From positions 310,001 through 374,000 of the forward strand of contig NW_027117350.1 of assembly GCF_038025025.1 (NCBI RefSeq): a stretch of DNA of 64,000 bases, written 5' to 3'. A program made the position numbers and the translations under genes. The first letter of the stretch is position 1. Each line of letters starts with the position of its first letter. This document shows, one piece after another, positions 36,301 through 47,844 of this stretch. The DNA is from Phyllosticta citribraziliensis (Eukaryota). Below the pieces are notes generated by a model. The model was given only the letters and a program-made list of their open reading frames with translations, searched no databases and was not told where the DNA came from.

Positions 36301-36850
36301 CCACGACTGTCGCAGCACCGTTACAGTCTGACTGCATACGCCTTCGACGGCATCTACGAGGACAACGGCACCATCACAAAGTCGCGATGCGGTAGATACT
36401 TCGCTGCTGAAGTCGATGTGTCCGGGGGAGTCTATCAGATTTATCAAGTTTTCTTGCTTCACGGGCTCGGCGTCTGGGGATTGGCGGCGCATAAGCGAAA
36501 AGTAGAGAGAGATTGCGGAGGACTCCATGGTTATGCCGCGCAGCTGTTCGTCTGGGCGCGAGTCAAGATAGCGGATTTTGCCAGCCAGCTTGGGCGAAAT
36601 GATGCCGTTTGTGGCGATGAGGGCGTCTGTGAGGGATGTTTTGCCATGGTCCTTTGATTCCAGTCATGTCAGCGTGAATCAAGCAATGGATGGCGAGCCT
36701 GTTTTCTAAAAACGTACAACGTGGGCAAGGATGCAAATCTGGACATGTCAGCGGCGAGAAGTTTGTCGAGGACTGGGACCGACGCACGTTTCGGATGCCT
36801 TCCTGGGCCTGCTGCAGGGCCACGAGCCTCTCAGGGCCGACGACGGGCAT
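33331..36850 (-). CDS. RIA1: Elongation factor-like GTPase 1 (60S maturation); exons 36850-36788, 36738-36718, 36651-35720, 35631-34081, 34030-33331
   Basis: IRN-ICILAHV-DHGKTSL, RGITMESSAI, LINLIDSPGHIDFSSEV, INKMD, GELHLERCLKDL, GPLCNEP, EEMRKRTSGAAQPQL and EKQKTLKR. Four introns; EFL1 orthologue. Confidence 0.95.
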
Positions 36851-37405
36851 GGCGAGGGAGACGATAGTGTGGAAGTGGGGTATGCGGAGGTGGTGCAGCA
36901 GTAGTGCAGTGCAGTGCAGTTGCGGGTCGAGGTGAGGAGCGGGAATGAAAGGTGAAGGAATGACGGCAGCGGTCGTCGATGGCGCGACGAGTCATTCGAC
37001 AAATAATTATTCGGCCTGGGGTAATGCCGTCACCGCCCCCCGACAACCACCGGATCCATCCCCCCTACAGTACAGTGCCCATTTACTGCCACCACCACCG
37101 TCACTCCCCAACTCTGTCAGCCAGTCTGCGCTCTGCTCTGCGCGCGTCGACGATTGAAGCTGCCGGCGGCCTGCTCGCCAGCCAAGCTCCAAGCTTAAGC
37201 GCCCTGCCCGCCCAGCCCATGCCTCGCGCCGCGCCCCTGGATCCGCTCAATTCCCGTTCGTCGAGCACCCACCGCGCAGGCTCAGGAACAGATTCACTTT
37301 GACGACCTCGACCGGGAGTGCGCTGGTAGCTCTACGTCGGTCCCTGTTCGCCCCCAAGAACAAACGTCGACCTCTCCTGAATAAGAATCGACCCTGGTCA
37401 CCACC

Positions 37406-39067
37406 ATGGCCAATACCATCGCCCCTTCCACGGTACGACCGAGCACACCGCCGAATGCCACCATCATGAAGATTACAACAGCGCAGGTCGCTGGACCTTC
37501 GTCTTCGTCCAAGGACAAATCCAAGGCTCATCACCTAGGCCTCGGCATGTTCTCGCCTGTCAATCAAAACGGCAGTTTCGAGTTCGACCGGGTTCTCAAG
37601 TCCGGCGAAGTAATGAAGCGTACGAGGAAGACCAAGGTACGTACACGGCCAACCTCTTTGGCATCATCGTTGACTTAGGCTACGAAAAGAATTGGAAGAC
37701 CGTCTACCTCGTCTTGCGCCCGCACACACTCTCCATCTACAAGGATCGCGATGAGACACGCCTACGCCATCAAATTGCCCTTTCCGAGCTTACCGCCGTC
37801 GCTCGCCAGCGAGATTCAGCAAAGAGGGCAAAGCACGTCTTTGGTCTTTTCTCTCCGTCGCGAAACTTCCACCTCGCAGCTCTCTCGGACAATGATGCGC
37901 AGGACTGGGTCGAACTTATCCGTCGCGAGTCGCGGATCGACGAGGAGGAAGAGGAAATGATGCAGACGAGCCCCCCGCAGGGTCGCAACGCTGAGAGAGG
38001 TCGCAGCACACACAGGAAGCTGCGCGAGCAGATGCTTTCGAGCTCTTCTGAGGGAGAGGGCGTCGCGCGACCATCAAGCTCCGTGAAACCTGAGGGCTTG
38101 CACAGTGCGCGAAGACCATCACACAACCTCGCCTATTCCGGCAATGAACAAGCTTCCTTCTCCGACTTCTCAGACACGCCTGGTCCATCGGGCTTCCGCG
38201 ACTCGACGCTTTCGTTTTCGCAGCCCAACGATCCAAACACCACTTACGACAGTTCGGGTGGGAGACCAAGCTTGGCGCAAAACGTTAGCCAGATGAGCAC
38301 CATCAGTAGCGCCATTTACTGCAACCCTCAATCAAACCAAAAACCGGATGACGAGCGCGTCATTTGTCAAGGATGGCTCTACATTCTCAAATCCAAAGGC
38401 GGCGTGCGACAGTGGAAGAAGCTCTGGGCGGTTCTTCGTCCGAGAGCCCTTGGGCTTTACAAAAATGAGGAGGTGGGCACCCGTCCAACTCCCCCGCCCG
38501 TATCCAGCTAATCGTTCATAGGAGTATTCTGCGACCCTCATCCTGCCATTCCCATCCCTTCTCAATGCCGTTGAAATCGACCCAATCTCGAAGTCGAAGC
38601 GCTTCTGCCTCCAACTCATCGCCGAAGAACGCAACTATCGACTCTGCGCCCCCGACGAAGATGCGCTAGCGAAGTGGCTCGGCGCTCTTAAATCGCTCCT
38701 GGCGAAGCGCAAGGAAGTTGAGCTCCAACGGCAAGCCGCTGCCGCCGCCGCCGAAAAGGAAAAAGAACGCGACGCTGTTGCTGCTGCGACGGCTGTGGCC
38801 GCCGGTGTAGTAAGTCCGCAGCAGCGGAGCAGCGTCGGGGTGGCCAGCGGCCCGGTCAGTGCCAGCGCCAGCACGACAATGATCAACGTTTTGGTCAGTC
38901 CAGGGCCCTTGGCAGGTACGGCTACGGCAACATTACCGTCCAGTGGCGCTGGTACGCCGGTAAACCATGGCAGGAGGAGCGTCAGTGGAAGCAGCATCAA
39001 GGCAATGACAGGGTCCGCGCCGAGTGCGCCGCCTACATCCACCCAAGGGTTTCTACCTGTGCGGTGA
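37406..39067 (+). CDS. Tandem PH-domain protein (Opy1-like); exons 37406-37636, 37690-38472, 38522-39067
   Basis: SPVNQNGSFEFDRVLKSG..KRTRKTK-NWKTVYLVLRP (PH1); GWLYILKSKGGVRQWKKLWAVLRP, EIDPISKSK and WLGALKSLL (PH2). Introns restore the frame. Confidence 0.88.
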
Positions 39068-40456
39068 CACGCCGAGGCGGTTGATGTGATGGGTTGATGC
39101 TGAAGAAGACGCGGGTAAAGGGAATCGATGTGGAAATTCCCTTTCCACAACGAAATCGTTGCTCCCAGCATCGATATCTGCGTGCTACCATCGACACGAA
39201 GTTCTTGGGGCTGCAAAGCCCAATGCGCCTTCAGCACCCTCTCCACCACCATTCCGTCTCGCGCATCGCATTGAATGGCTCAGCCTCTATTCCCGACTAC
39301 CTACCTTCTCACTGCCCTTTCGGCAATACCAACACTTGTCTCATATCATTTTAACATCGCCTGCCAGAGCCTCTCCATTGGCCTTCCCTCTGTCCGTCCG
39401 TCCGTCTGTCAGTCTGTCAGCGTCTCTTAGCGTTCCCCATCATCCATCAGCGCAAAAGCCAAAGCTCTTACCTTGGATATTTTCCTTGCTCCCCTGGTCG
39501 TTTTTCCTTGTTGCCATCGTTGTTGGCGTGGCACACTTGTACGATAGAGATACCATTACCCCCTTTCTCATTTCCTCATTGTGTCTTTGCGCCAGCGCCT
39601 GAATCTCTCTTGTTGCGTCCTGTCGCGTTTCGTTTGTCTGTTTGTCTGTCTGTGTCGTCTATTGGTTCGCTCCTCTGCGTCTTCTGCCCGGCGTTCTGCT
39701 CAAGTCTTGCCTTTGCCGTACAGCCTCCGCCTGTCGTTACCGCTTTTGTCGCTCGATCAGCTTAAGCTGTTCATCAATTCATCGGCATACGCTCGCTCGC
39801 TGCTACCACTGCCGCTTTGTCCGGACCAGAGCGGTCAGCACACATACACACTATCAGTGGCCACAGTACCTTGAGGCTAGCACACTTGTCTGGGACACCT
39901 TTGTGGTCTGTACTGGCCTATACGCAAGGATGAAAAAAAGGAACAAGGGCAGCTCAGTTTGTCTGTGCTCCTTTCTCACTTGCTTACTCGCTTTCTTCGC
40001 GTCAACACCGCACCTCCTCATTCCTGCTTTGCCTAATAGTGCTTGGTGCTTGGTGCTTGCTTGCTTGCTTGCTTGTGTGCGTGTATGCTGGCTTCATGAC
40101 TCGATGCGCTTCGTGCATCTTGTGCGTCTTGTGAGTACTCACTAGTGTGGTGCAAAGCAACAGAGCGCCCCTTGGGAACGCAGCTGGAGGCAAAGTGATG
40201 TCGAGAGGCTTCATGGTACCTAATTTCTAATCGAAACCGTAACACACCGCACCTGCTCTCTGCCTCTACCCTTCAGCTCTTCACTGACTTTGTGGATGCA
40301 CCTTGATCCGTCACCTAGTCATGCTGGCACCGTCATCATCATGCGAACAGGATGTCGTGATTTGCAGAGCGCATAGGAAGGCTCCATACAACGTGCCAGA
40401 TCCACCTCAGCAGGTGTCGAAAGAAATGAGAAGGCCTAGCAATGCAAGTGCATCTT

Positions 40457-40600
40457 AAGGAGCATTCAATCGATACCTTCATAATGTACAGGGAGCATTC
40501 GTTTGCCACTACAGTTGCGCTTAGGGAGCATTTGATCGCTACTTCAGTCACCCTCAGGGAGCAGTCGTTCAATGCTGCAGCCAGACCCAAAGAGTCAGTC
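40457..40600. repeat. Degenerate tandem repeat, 33-nt period, core ARGGAGCAKTY
   Basis: Cores at 40457, 40490, 40523 and 40556, with a decayed one at 40589. Confidence 0.75.
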
Positions 40601-40987
40601 TCACATCTTTCCACACGCATTGCACACCCAGTCATCGGACTTATTCATTGATCGGTGCCTATTCCAAAAGCACAAAGGGGAAAAAGAAATCTGATGCAAT
40701 CCAATCCATAACCGCAATCACTGCAGGATATCAACCAGTTCCCCTGCCTGCCAGCCAATCCGTATCCATAATGCACCCGTCCGTCTGTCGAAAAAAAAAG
40801 AGGGAAAGCAGATTTCAGCACCAATTTTGAGGCCCCAAAGAAAAGCCAACCAATGCACACCACCACGTGCCGTGCCGTAACCTAGAATCCTCCCAAAACT
40901 CATGTCTGAAATGCCGCCACTAATGCTGCAAGGCTACTGGAGAAGAGCTTGTCTCAAGGTAGCCTGCGTGCTAAGAGACGCTGCAGC

Positions 40988-42889
40988 TTAGTAGCGAGGC
41001 GGGTATCCACCTTGCTGGGGCGGGTAGCCGGGCTGACCAGGAGGCGGACGGCCATACTGACCTCCCTGCGGAGCACCGTACTGGCCCGGAGGCGGAGCAC
41101 CGTAGCCGCCCTGAGGGCCCTGAGGGTTGTAACCTTGAGGAGGCTGGCCGTACTGGCCCTGCGAAGTAGTTTAGCAACATCGTCATGAGAACAAGGTTTG
41201 GTCCATGCTTACCGGAGGCGGAGCACCATATCCGCCTTGGGGCGCGCCATACTGGCCTGGAGGAGCACCATATCCGCCCGGGCCGCCGGGAGGCGGAGCG
41301 GCGTTGCCCTTCTCGTCCTGGCGATCATATGACTTGTCAATCGCGCCGAGGAGAAGCTTGACGAGCCACAGCTCCGGGGTGAGGTCGACGGGCGGGTTGG
41401 CGCGTGCCATTTCGGCCGACTCGTTCTCGTAGTTGGACGTGCAGTCGACGAGATGACCGACCATGGGATCTTGGTCAAGCTTGGACAAGAACTCGCGGGC
41501 CTTTTCGTCGTTGCCGACCTGAGCGAATTGGAACTTGATTGCGCCAGGTCCGTACTGCGGCATGCGGCCGATCTCAGAAGTAGCATTCTTGATAGTCTCG
41601 AAAACGGCATTCTGCGGCTCGCCAGCGGGTTGACCATCGGTGATGGTGATGACCAAGACTGGCTTCCTGAGCTGGCCAGCACGCGCATTGCGCAGGACCT
41701 CATCAATGACGCGCTCCTTCAAGTGACTTCCCATCGGAGTAAGGCCCTTGAACTGAATCTGCGACATGAGCTGGTCGACCTGCTGCTCAGTCCTAATGTG
41801 CTCAGTGACCTGCGGAGGGGGCATCGAGTTCATGAAGCGGACGGAAATGCCATCGTCGTCAAACAGAGTGGCAGCGAATGCGACGCGCTCGAGGATCAGC
41901 TTAAGATCCTTGATGCGCTCGCCATTCTCCTCGAACTGCATGGAGCCACTGTCATCGATGTAGAGGATGATGTCGAAGAGACCGAGCTTCACGATATCGT
42001 TTCCGATCTCCTGAGGAAGGCGCCAGCGCTGGCAGAGCTGCGCGACCTGGACGCTTGCGCGTTGCGCAATTTGGTCAAGAGCCGGAGAGTTGGGCGGGTA
42101 AAAGTTGTGCAGCTGGTTCTCCTGAATGGCACTGCCGAGCATCTGCTTGAAAGCCTGGAGCTGGGCCGGGGAAGCCTGCTGGCCTGGAGGAGGGCCTCCC
42201 GGCGGGGGCGCGCCGTAGCCTTGGCCCGGGGGCGGACCTTGAGGAGGATAGCCCTGCTGACCCTGTGAGTTGTTGGGTTAGCCAAAATCTCCTCAAATCT
42301 CTGTGTGGTATCTTTGCGCCCGACGAACATGTCCATATCCCGGTCCCGCGTTGAAAGGTGATTGTCCATAGGATTGCTGTTGGGAAGGCTGGCCATAGGG
42401 ACCAGCACGAGGTGGAGGCGGAGGTTGGCCGTAGGGCTGAGGTGTATGGGAAGGTTGTCCATAGGACTGCGCTGGAGACTGTCCGTAACCAGGCTGCGGC
42501 GTTGAAGGCTGGCCGTACGGAGTCTGCCCTGAAGGTCTCAGCCCAGTGGGCCCCGACGGCGGAGGAGGCGGTGGCCTTGAATATCCTCCTTGTTGCTGGC
42601 CGTAGGGCGACTGTGCAGGCTGGCCATATGGAGATTGTGCAGGCTGGCCATATGGAGATTGTGTAGGCTGGCCGTAGGGCGATTGTGGGGGCTGGCCATA
42701 AGGAGATTGCGCGGGTTGTCCGTAAGGAGAAGGCGAGGGAGCGGCATAGCTCTGGTAGGACGCAGGTTGTGAGTATGGGGACGGGTTGTAGCCAGGCTGC
42801 TGCGGCTGCTGAGGGTACGGAGGTTGATTTTGATTTTGATTCTGAGCGCCGTAGGCATAACCTCCCGGGTACGACTGATAGCCCGCCAT
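40988..42889 (-). CDS. rfeF: vWA-domain protein with P/Q/Y/G-rich termini (RfeF-like); exons 42889-42329, 42262-41213, 41158-40988
   Basis: MIDAS-type ILYIDDSGSM, GLTPMG, KPVLVITITDGQPAGEP, QFAQVGND, VDCTSNYENE and LLLGAID. Flanking PYGQP repeats; two introns with branch points. Confidence 0.85.
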
Positions 42890-43289
42890 GGATGAAGTCG
42901 GGACCAGTGGTCGATGGGTCAGGCAGAAAGGCGTTCCAGAGAGGCAGTCGACTGTCTAGTTGCAGGTGCGGCAAGGTCCCAAGGTTTGCGAAGAGGGATG
43001 AGTGGAGAGGGCGGCTTGGCAGTGACGTCGCAGGCGGGATGACGAAAGGCCGGAGGTGAAGGGGCGGGAGCAAACAAAAAGGGCCGCGGGAAAAAAATGA
43101 GCGGGAAGCTCACTTACAGGAGGAGGGCCACCGGATGCTCCGGGGTAGGCCTGATAAGCGGGCGCGCCAGGCTGTGTTCAACATTAGCGTACGTGTTGCA
43201 ACGCGCATGGCAGCAGCAAGGCAGCAGTGACTACATAGCTAGCAGCAAAAGCAGGACAGGAGTGGCAACTCACATATGCGCCAGCACCA

Positions 43290-43318
43290 CCGGCACCACC
43301 ACCACCACCACCACCACC
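43290..43318 (+). repeat. (CAC)n microsatellite
   Basis: Run of caccaccaccacc... upstream of the RfeF-like gene. Confidence 0.8.
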
Positions 43319-45084
43319 GGCAGCAGGAGGACCGGCAGCGGCCAATTTGGAAGCGAGCTGTTCGAAACCCAAGAGTCAGCCTGGCTGGTCTTGATGACGT
43401 CCGCAGCGGGGTAACGAGGGGCAGACGGAGGAGCTTCCCTTCCCAGGACAAATCCAAGCTCCCTGGACCAGCCGAGCTCGGAGGGGCGGCGACACTTACA
43501 CCCATGGTTGGACGACTGGAGGCTGGAGGTTGGAGGTTGGAGGAGTGGATTGAGTGAGGATCGTGGGAGGAAGCGGAAAGCAGAGGCGAGGGCAAGAAAG
43601 AGTCGGCGGTGGAGAATGGTGGGTGGTTATATGATGGAAGGGAGGACCTGGGAGCTGGGAGCTGGGCTGATGAAGCCGTCGGGTCGCTGTCGCCTGTCGC
43701 CATGACATGACGCCCATGCTCTCCCGCCGCTAGTCTGCATTCGGCAACATGAGTACGTGTGTGTGGAACGCCCCTGCACCGCCACACCTGCGCCAATCCC
43801 CAGCCGCATCGCCTCCCACCACTCAGCGTCATACATGATTGTCACCAGACCTGTAGTCTGCACATGCACTCTGTTGTAGACAAACTGCCGCCCCCTATTT
43901 GCTGTGCCACTGCTGCCAGGCTGAGCGCTTAGCAGCCATGGCCAACGGGCTGAAGAGCTTGCATTCTCCTCCGCCATTGGGGTCCGATGCGCTGACTGCA
44001 TGTCTCGTTCGAGGATTCAACTCCATACGGTAGGTATAAAGACCAACGACTCCTCATGTCCGCCTCAACAACCGTTGGTCTCCTGGCCAGCGCTTATTTC
44101 CCGCTGCTCCCACGTCGAGCGCTTAGATACATGCATGGCCTGACGCTGAAGAGCCTGGATTGTAATCTTACCCCAAGACCTGGCCGATTTCCCATATGTC
44201 TACCTCTGCGACTGCGACTTTCTTCCGCCGCTGTCAATGTGGCCCCCAAGAATAATGCTTTTCCATTGTCAACACGGCCAACGTAGCAGTAGAAATGTCG
44301 TCACAGAGAATGCTCAAAGACGTCAAGGACAAATACGTCCACCTTGCGCGACGAGATGCGATACAGTAGGATTTGTGGCCGCCCAATGCCCAAGACGACT
44401 CTCGTAGCAAACAAGGCATATTTGCCCAGCCCGCGGCGGTCAAATCTTCTCGAGTGAGAGGTGACGCAAGTCTAGACGTCGAGGCTCTATCGCAAACATA
44501 CCTGCGGCCTCTCGCCAGCAGCGGCATCGGACAGACCTCATGCACAGCGCAGTCTTCTTTGTCAGTTAAGAATCGAAGAGCAAGGCAAAAGGACCCTCAA
44601 CTCACCCATCCAACAAACACCGGCGCAACGGGTCCACCATCAGCTCACCACCACCAGCTTCTCTACCAAAGATGAAGAAGAGGCACCGAGGAAGCGTGTC
44701 GACGCTGTCTTCCCTCTACCAGAGGCTTCGCCGGCCCACAGTCCCTTTGCCTAGTTTGCTCGGTCAATTACCTCAACACCGGACCGCCTGCTGTAAAGTC
44801 CTGTCCCTTCCGCCAACGGGCGACGCTAAGCTTGTCCAGGAGCGCACATTATTAGGAATATAAATGTAAATTTCGTCTGGCGATGTTGCTCCTCTTCCTC
44901 CTCACCACTCTCTACACTCCTCACCACTCTCCACACCTGCAAAAGCCATCGTGAAAGTCTCGTCTCTCTTCATCAACCTGCCTCACGCTCTGTAAGTTCT
45001 AATGCTGGTTTGAAGCTTTGTTCATGAGAGATGCTGATGATCTGGACAGTTACTACTCTACACAACACGCGCCGGATCGTCAAG

Positions 45085-45549
45085 ATGCCAACATACGCCG
45101 CTCGCACCCAGTCCGTCACCTCACCACCACCCTCCATCAACCTCACCAGCTAACCCCACGCCCACAGGCCGACCGCTCCCAGCACGCGCCCCAGACTTCA
45201 CATGCGCCACTTCAAGAACCCATGCCAGGCGCTGGACCGGGCCCTCACGCGTCACCCCTGCAGCTTCCCGGTGGTCCTTCTCATGATCCTGACCTGCATC
45301 ATGCTCGCCTTCTGGGCCGCCACCGTCGCCGCCTTCTACCACCCAGACGGCATAAACACGTGGATAATTCTGGTCATCATCTCGACCATGTTTACCCTCG
45401 CGGTCATCAGTCAGGCCGCCTATTGCATCTGGGACAAGCGTGAGGCCAGGCTTGTGGCCGAGAGGGAGGCTCAGCTGGAGATGGCCCGGGAGAGGGGCAG
45501 GATGGAGGGCAGGAGGGAGGGGGTCACTGCGACCGTCACTGCTGGGTGA
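45085..45549 (+). CDS. Small two-TM hypothetical protein (135 aa); exons 45085-45110, 45168-45549; 5'UTR intron 44992-45049
   Basis: TATAAA near 44859, CT-rich leader, CAAG-ATG context, intron GTCCGT..CTAAC..CAG giving an in-frame join, two hydrophobic helices and a charged helical tail. Confidence 0.7.
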
Positions 45550-46051
45550 GGAGCTGTGAGGAGCTGTGATGGCATGAGAGGGCAGATGAAGGAGCATTCT
45601 GGCGCGCGGCAGACATCAGTGTCGATGTGCTTGGGGGGCAATTCCGTCTTCACGCAGGGAGGCTTCGACCATGTACTCTCAAGGCCATGTGTAACGCGCA
45701 TGGAGCATCCAGCCGCTGTGGCCTTGTGTATGTGTTCCATCCAGCAAGAGAAGATGGAGTATGTGCTAACAGATGATGATGCAGGCTTGCGCTACAGTTG
45801 ACGAGGCCAAGGGAATGGGAGATGTCTGGTTTCCCTCAACGACGCTGTTGAAAAAGGCAGCAAACAGATGCCCTTCGAGAGTTGTGATCAATCGGAGGAG
45901 TAATGGTACAGGATGGGCAAGACAGGATGCTCTAGAGGCACATAATACAGCGTAATAATCAAGAAACTCTTCACTCCGTACAATGCAGATGCAGGCAGTG
46001 ACAAACGCAAAGAACTCAACCAAGTCGAGAACCGTCTCGTACCGCGGCGAC

Positions 46052-46618
46052 TCACGTCTAGACCAAGTAAGCAAACACAGCCAAAGCAACACGTCAACAA
46101 CGTCCATCACCCACCTTGTGATAGCTCCGTCCGGCGAAATAGGCCATCCAAATCGCGTGCACCCACTCCTCGCGCACCGCCTTGCTGATCGACCCGGCCG
46201 AATGCTTCTCCCACACGGCGTAGACCCACTTGGCCTGCAGCGGGATGTTGAAGACGCCGGCAAAGTAGGCCAGGGACGCCGAGTTTTTCCAGTCGTCGCG
46301 CGCTCGGCGGCGCAGCGACCGTCGGGAGTAGGAGCGCAGGGCCGCGTACAGCCAGTGTGGGCGTGGCGGTGGCTTTATTAGGCCTTCTTGGTAGGCTTCC
46401 CATGCGAAGCGTGCCCAGTCGGGGCGGATTGCGTTGCCGTCGTGGTCGCGAAGTAAAGTGTCGGCTGGTTCTGCAGACGGTCAGCCTGACGACTAACGTG
46501 GACGGCAAAGCAAATCGCAGCGATGTTGATGAGCACAATACATGACGTCGAGGTAGAACATCTTGAACAGTCTTCGATTTGATGGCCTTCCGCCGGGGGT
46601 ATATTTCACCAACTCCAT
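46052..46618 (-). CDS. Putative hypothetical protein missed by the ORF track; main exon 46470-46115, 5' structure uncertain
   Basis: Stop-free frame PADTLLRDHDGNAIRPDWARFAWEAYQEGL...WVHAIWMAYFAGRSYHK bounded by a CTGAC..CAG acceptor and an AAG|GTGGGT donor. Upstream ATGs at 46618 and 46561 are in the same frame. Confidence 0.45.
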
Positions 46619-46716
46619 ATCTCTATTCCTTTTTTCACTCGTGCTCCCAGAGCAACAACCCAAAAAGACTCTCCCTGCGATGTCTCTGCCTTTGGGAAAA
46701 GGTAGGTAGCATACCC

Positions 46717-47571
46717 TCAGGTCGCCGCAGTCTCTTGTGCCTTGTCCGCCTCTTGCTGCCGTATCTGCTCCTCCAACTTCTTCTTCTCCGCCTGCTTGGC
46801 CCGCAGCCGCGCCAACGTGTCCTGCTCAAACTTGCTCGACCCGCCCGGCGTCTTGGGACTGAAGGAAAAGGCAGGTGGTTTGGATTTGCTGGTGGCCGCC
46901 GGCGTGCTCGGTGCGCTCTGGGACCCGGATCCGGCATCAAACGGCCGCTGCTTTTGCTTACCCGGCGTGGCTGTCGCTGCTGCTGTCGCCCTCTCCTCAG
47001 CTCCTCCGCTCTTGCTGCTGCTGCTGTTGTTGCCCGTGCCGTTGGCCTGGTGTACTCCCGATCGCCGTCTCATGTCGCGCTCGTAGTCGCGCCTTGCCTC
47101 CTCTTCGCGCTCCTTGGCCTTTTGCTCCTCGCGCTCGCGCCGCCTGCGCTCGCCGTCTTGCGCCAGCCGCTTCAACTCCCGCTGCAGTCGCTCCTCCGCA
47201 TCGACCTCCTCGGCGCGTTTCCGCTTTGCCCCGCGCTCCCCTGCTTCCAAGTCTGCCACCATCTGGCGCCGCTTCGCGTCGAGGAGCGAGTTGGCGCGTT
47301 CCTTTTGGGCACGCGCTTCGCGAGAGGTATCGTACTGCGCACGCAGCGTGGGGTTGGACAACAGCTCGGTGGCATTTTTGGCGAGGTAGAACTTCTCGAC
47401 GGCCTCGGGGTTGTCTTGGTTCTTGTCCGGGTGGTATTTGAGCGACGTCTTGCGCCATGCGGACTTGAGCTGTTTGGCGTCTGCTGTCGGCTCGATGCCC
47501 AGCAGTTCGTAGAGGTTGATGTCGGTGGATACGAGGGCCTTGGCCTCGTCGCTGACGTCGTCTTTGGACAT
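46717..47571 (-). CDS. CWC23: DnaJ-domain spliceosome disassembly factor CWC23/cwf23 (DNAJC17-like)
   Basis: NLYELLGI..WRKTSLKYHPDKN J-domain, then LDAKRRQMVADLEAGE and C-terminal FEQDTLARLRAKQAEKKKLEEQIR. Confidence 0.85.
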   Translation of the reverse strand: MSKDDVSDEAKALVSTDINLYELLGIEPTADAKQLKSAWRKTSLKYHPDKNQDNPEAVEKFYLAKNATELLSNPTLRAQYDTSREARAQKERANSLLDAKRRQMVADLEAGERGAKRKRAEEVDAEERLQRELKRLAQDGERRRREREEQKAKEREEEARRDYERDMRRRSGVHQANGTGNNSSSSKSGGAEERATAAATATPGKQKQRPFDAGSGSQSAPSTPAATSKSKPPAFSFSPKTPGGSSKFEQDTLARLRAKQAEKKKLEEQIRQQEADKAQETAAT

Positions 47572-47844
47572 TTTGGTCGGGGTGGTCGCGCGGCGAGTGT
47601 GTTGTGTTTGGGGGCGATGGTTTGGCACAGAAGAAGGACGCGGTCGGGATGCAAGGGTCGTGAGAGACTGTTCGCGTCGACTGTGGCGTTCGCGCGGACT
47701 GATGCGCCACACTTCCGGTTGCACCGCAGTGCCCCCACCCAAGACGACGGCTCCCTCATGTCGACGGCTTCTGACAGTCAAGGAATTACACTCGCAGCAT
47801 CCAGGAGTGTTTTGTTGGAGTGACGCTTATCAATCTCGACAGGC

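Noticed and set aside
40457..40600. CRISPR-like repeat-spacer appearance
   Set aside because: Eukaryotic context, core only 11 nt and degenerate, spacers partly related, no cas genes. Kept only as a degenerate tandem repeat.
41453..42268. 271-aa plus-strand ORF (similarly 33361-34062)
   Set aside because: Antisense to the RfeF-like and EFL1 coding exons.
46579..47823. 414-aa plus-strand ORF
   Set aside because: Antisense shadow of CWC23, with Leu/Arg-rich composition typical of a reverse frame.
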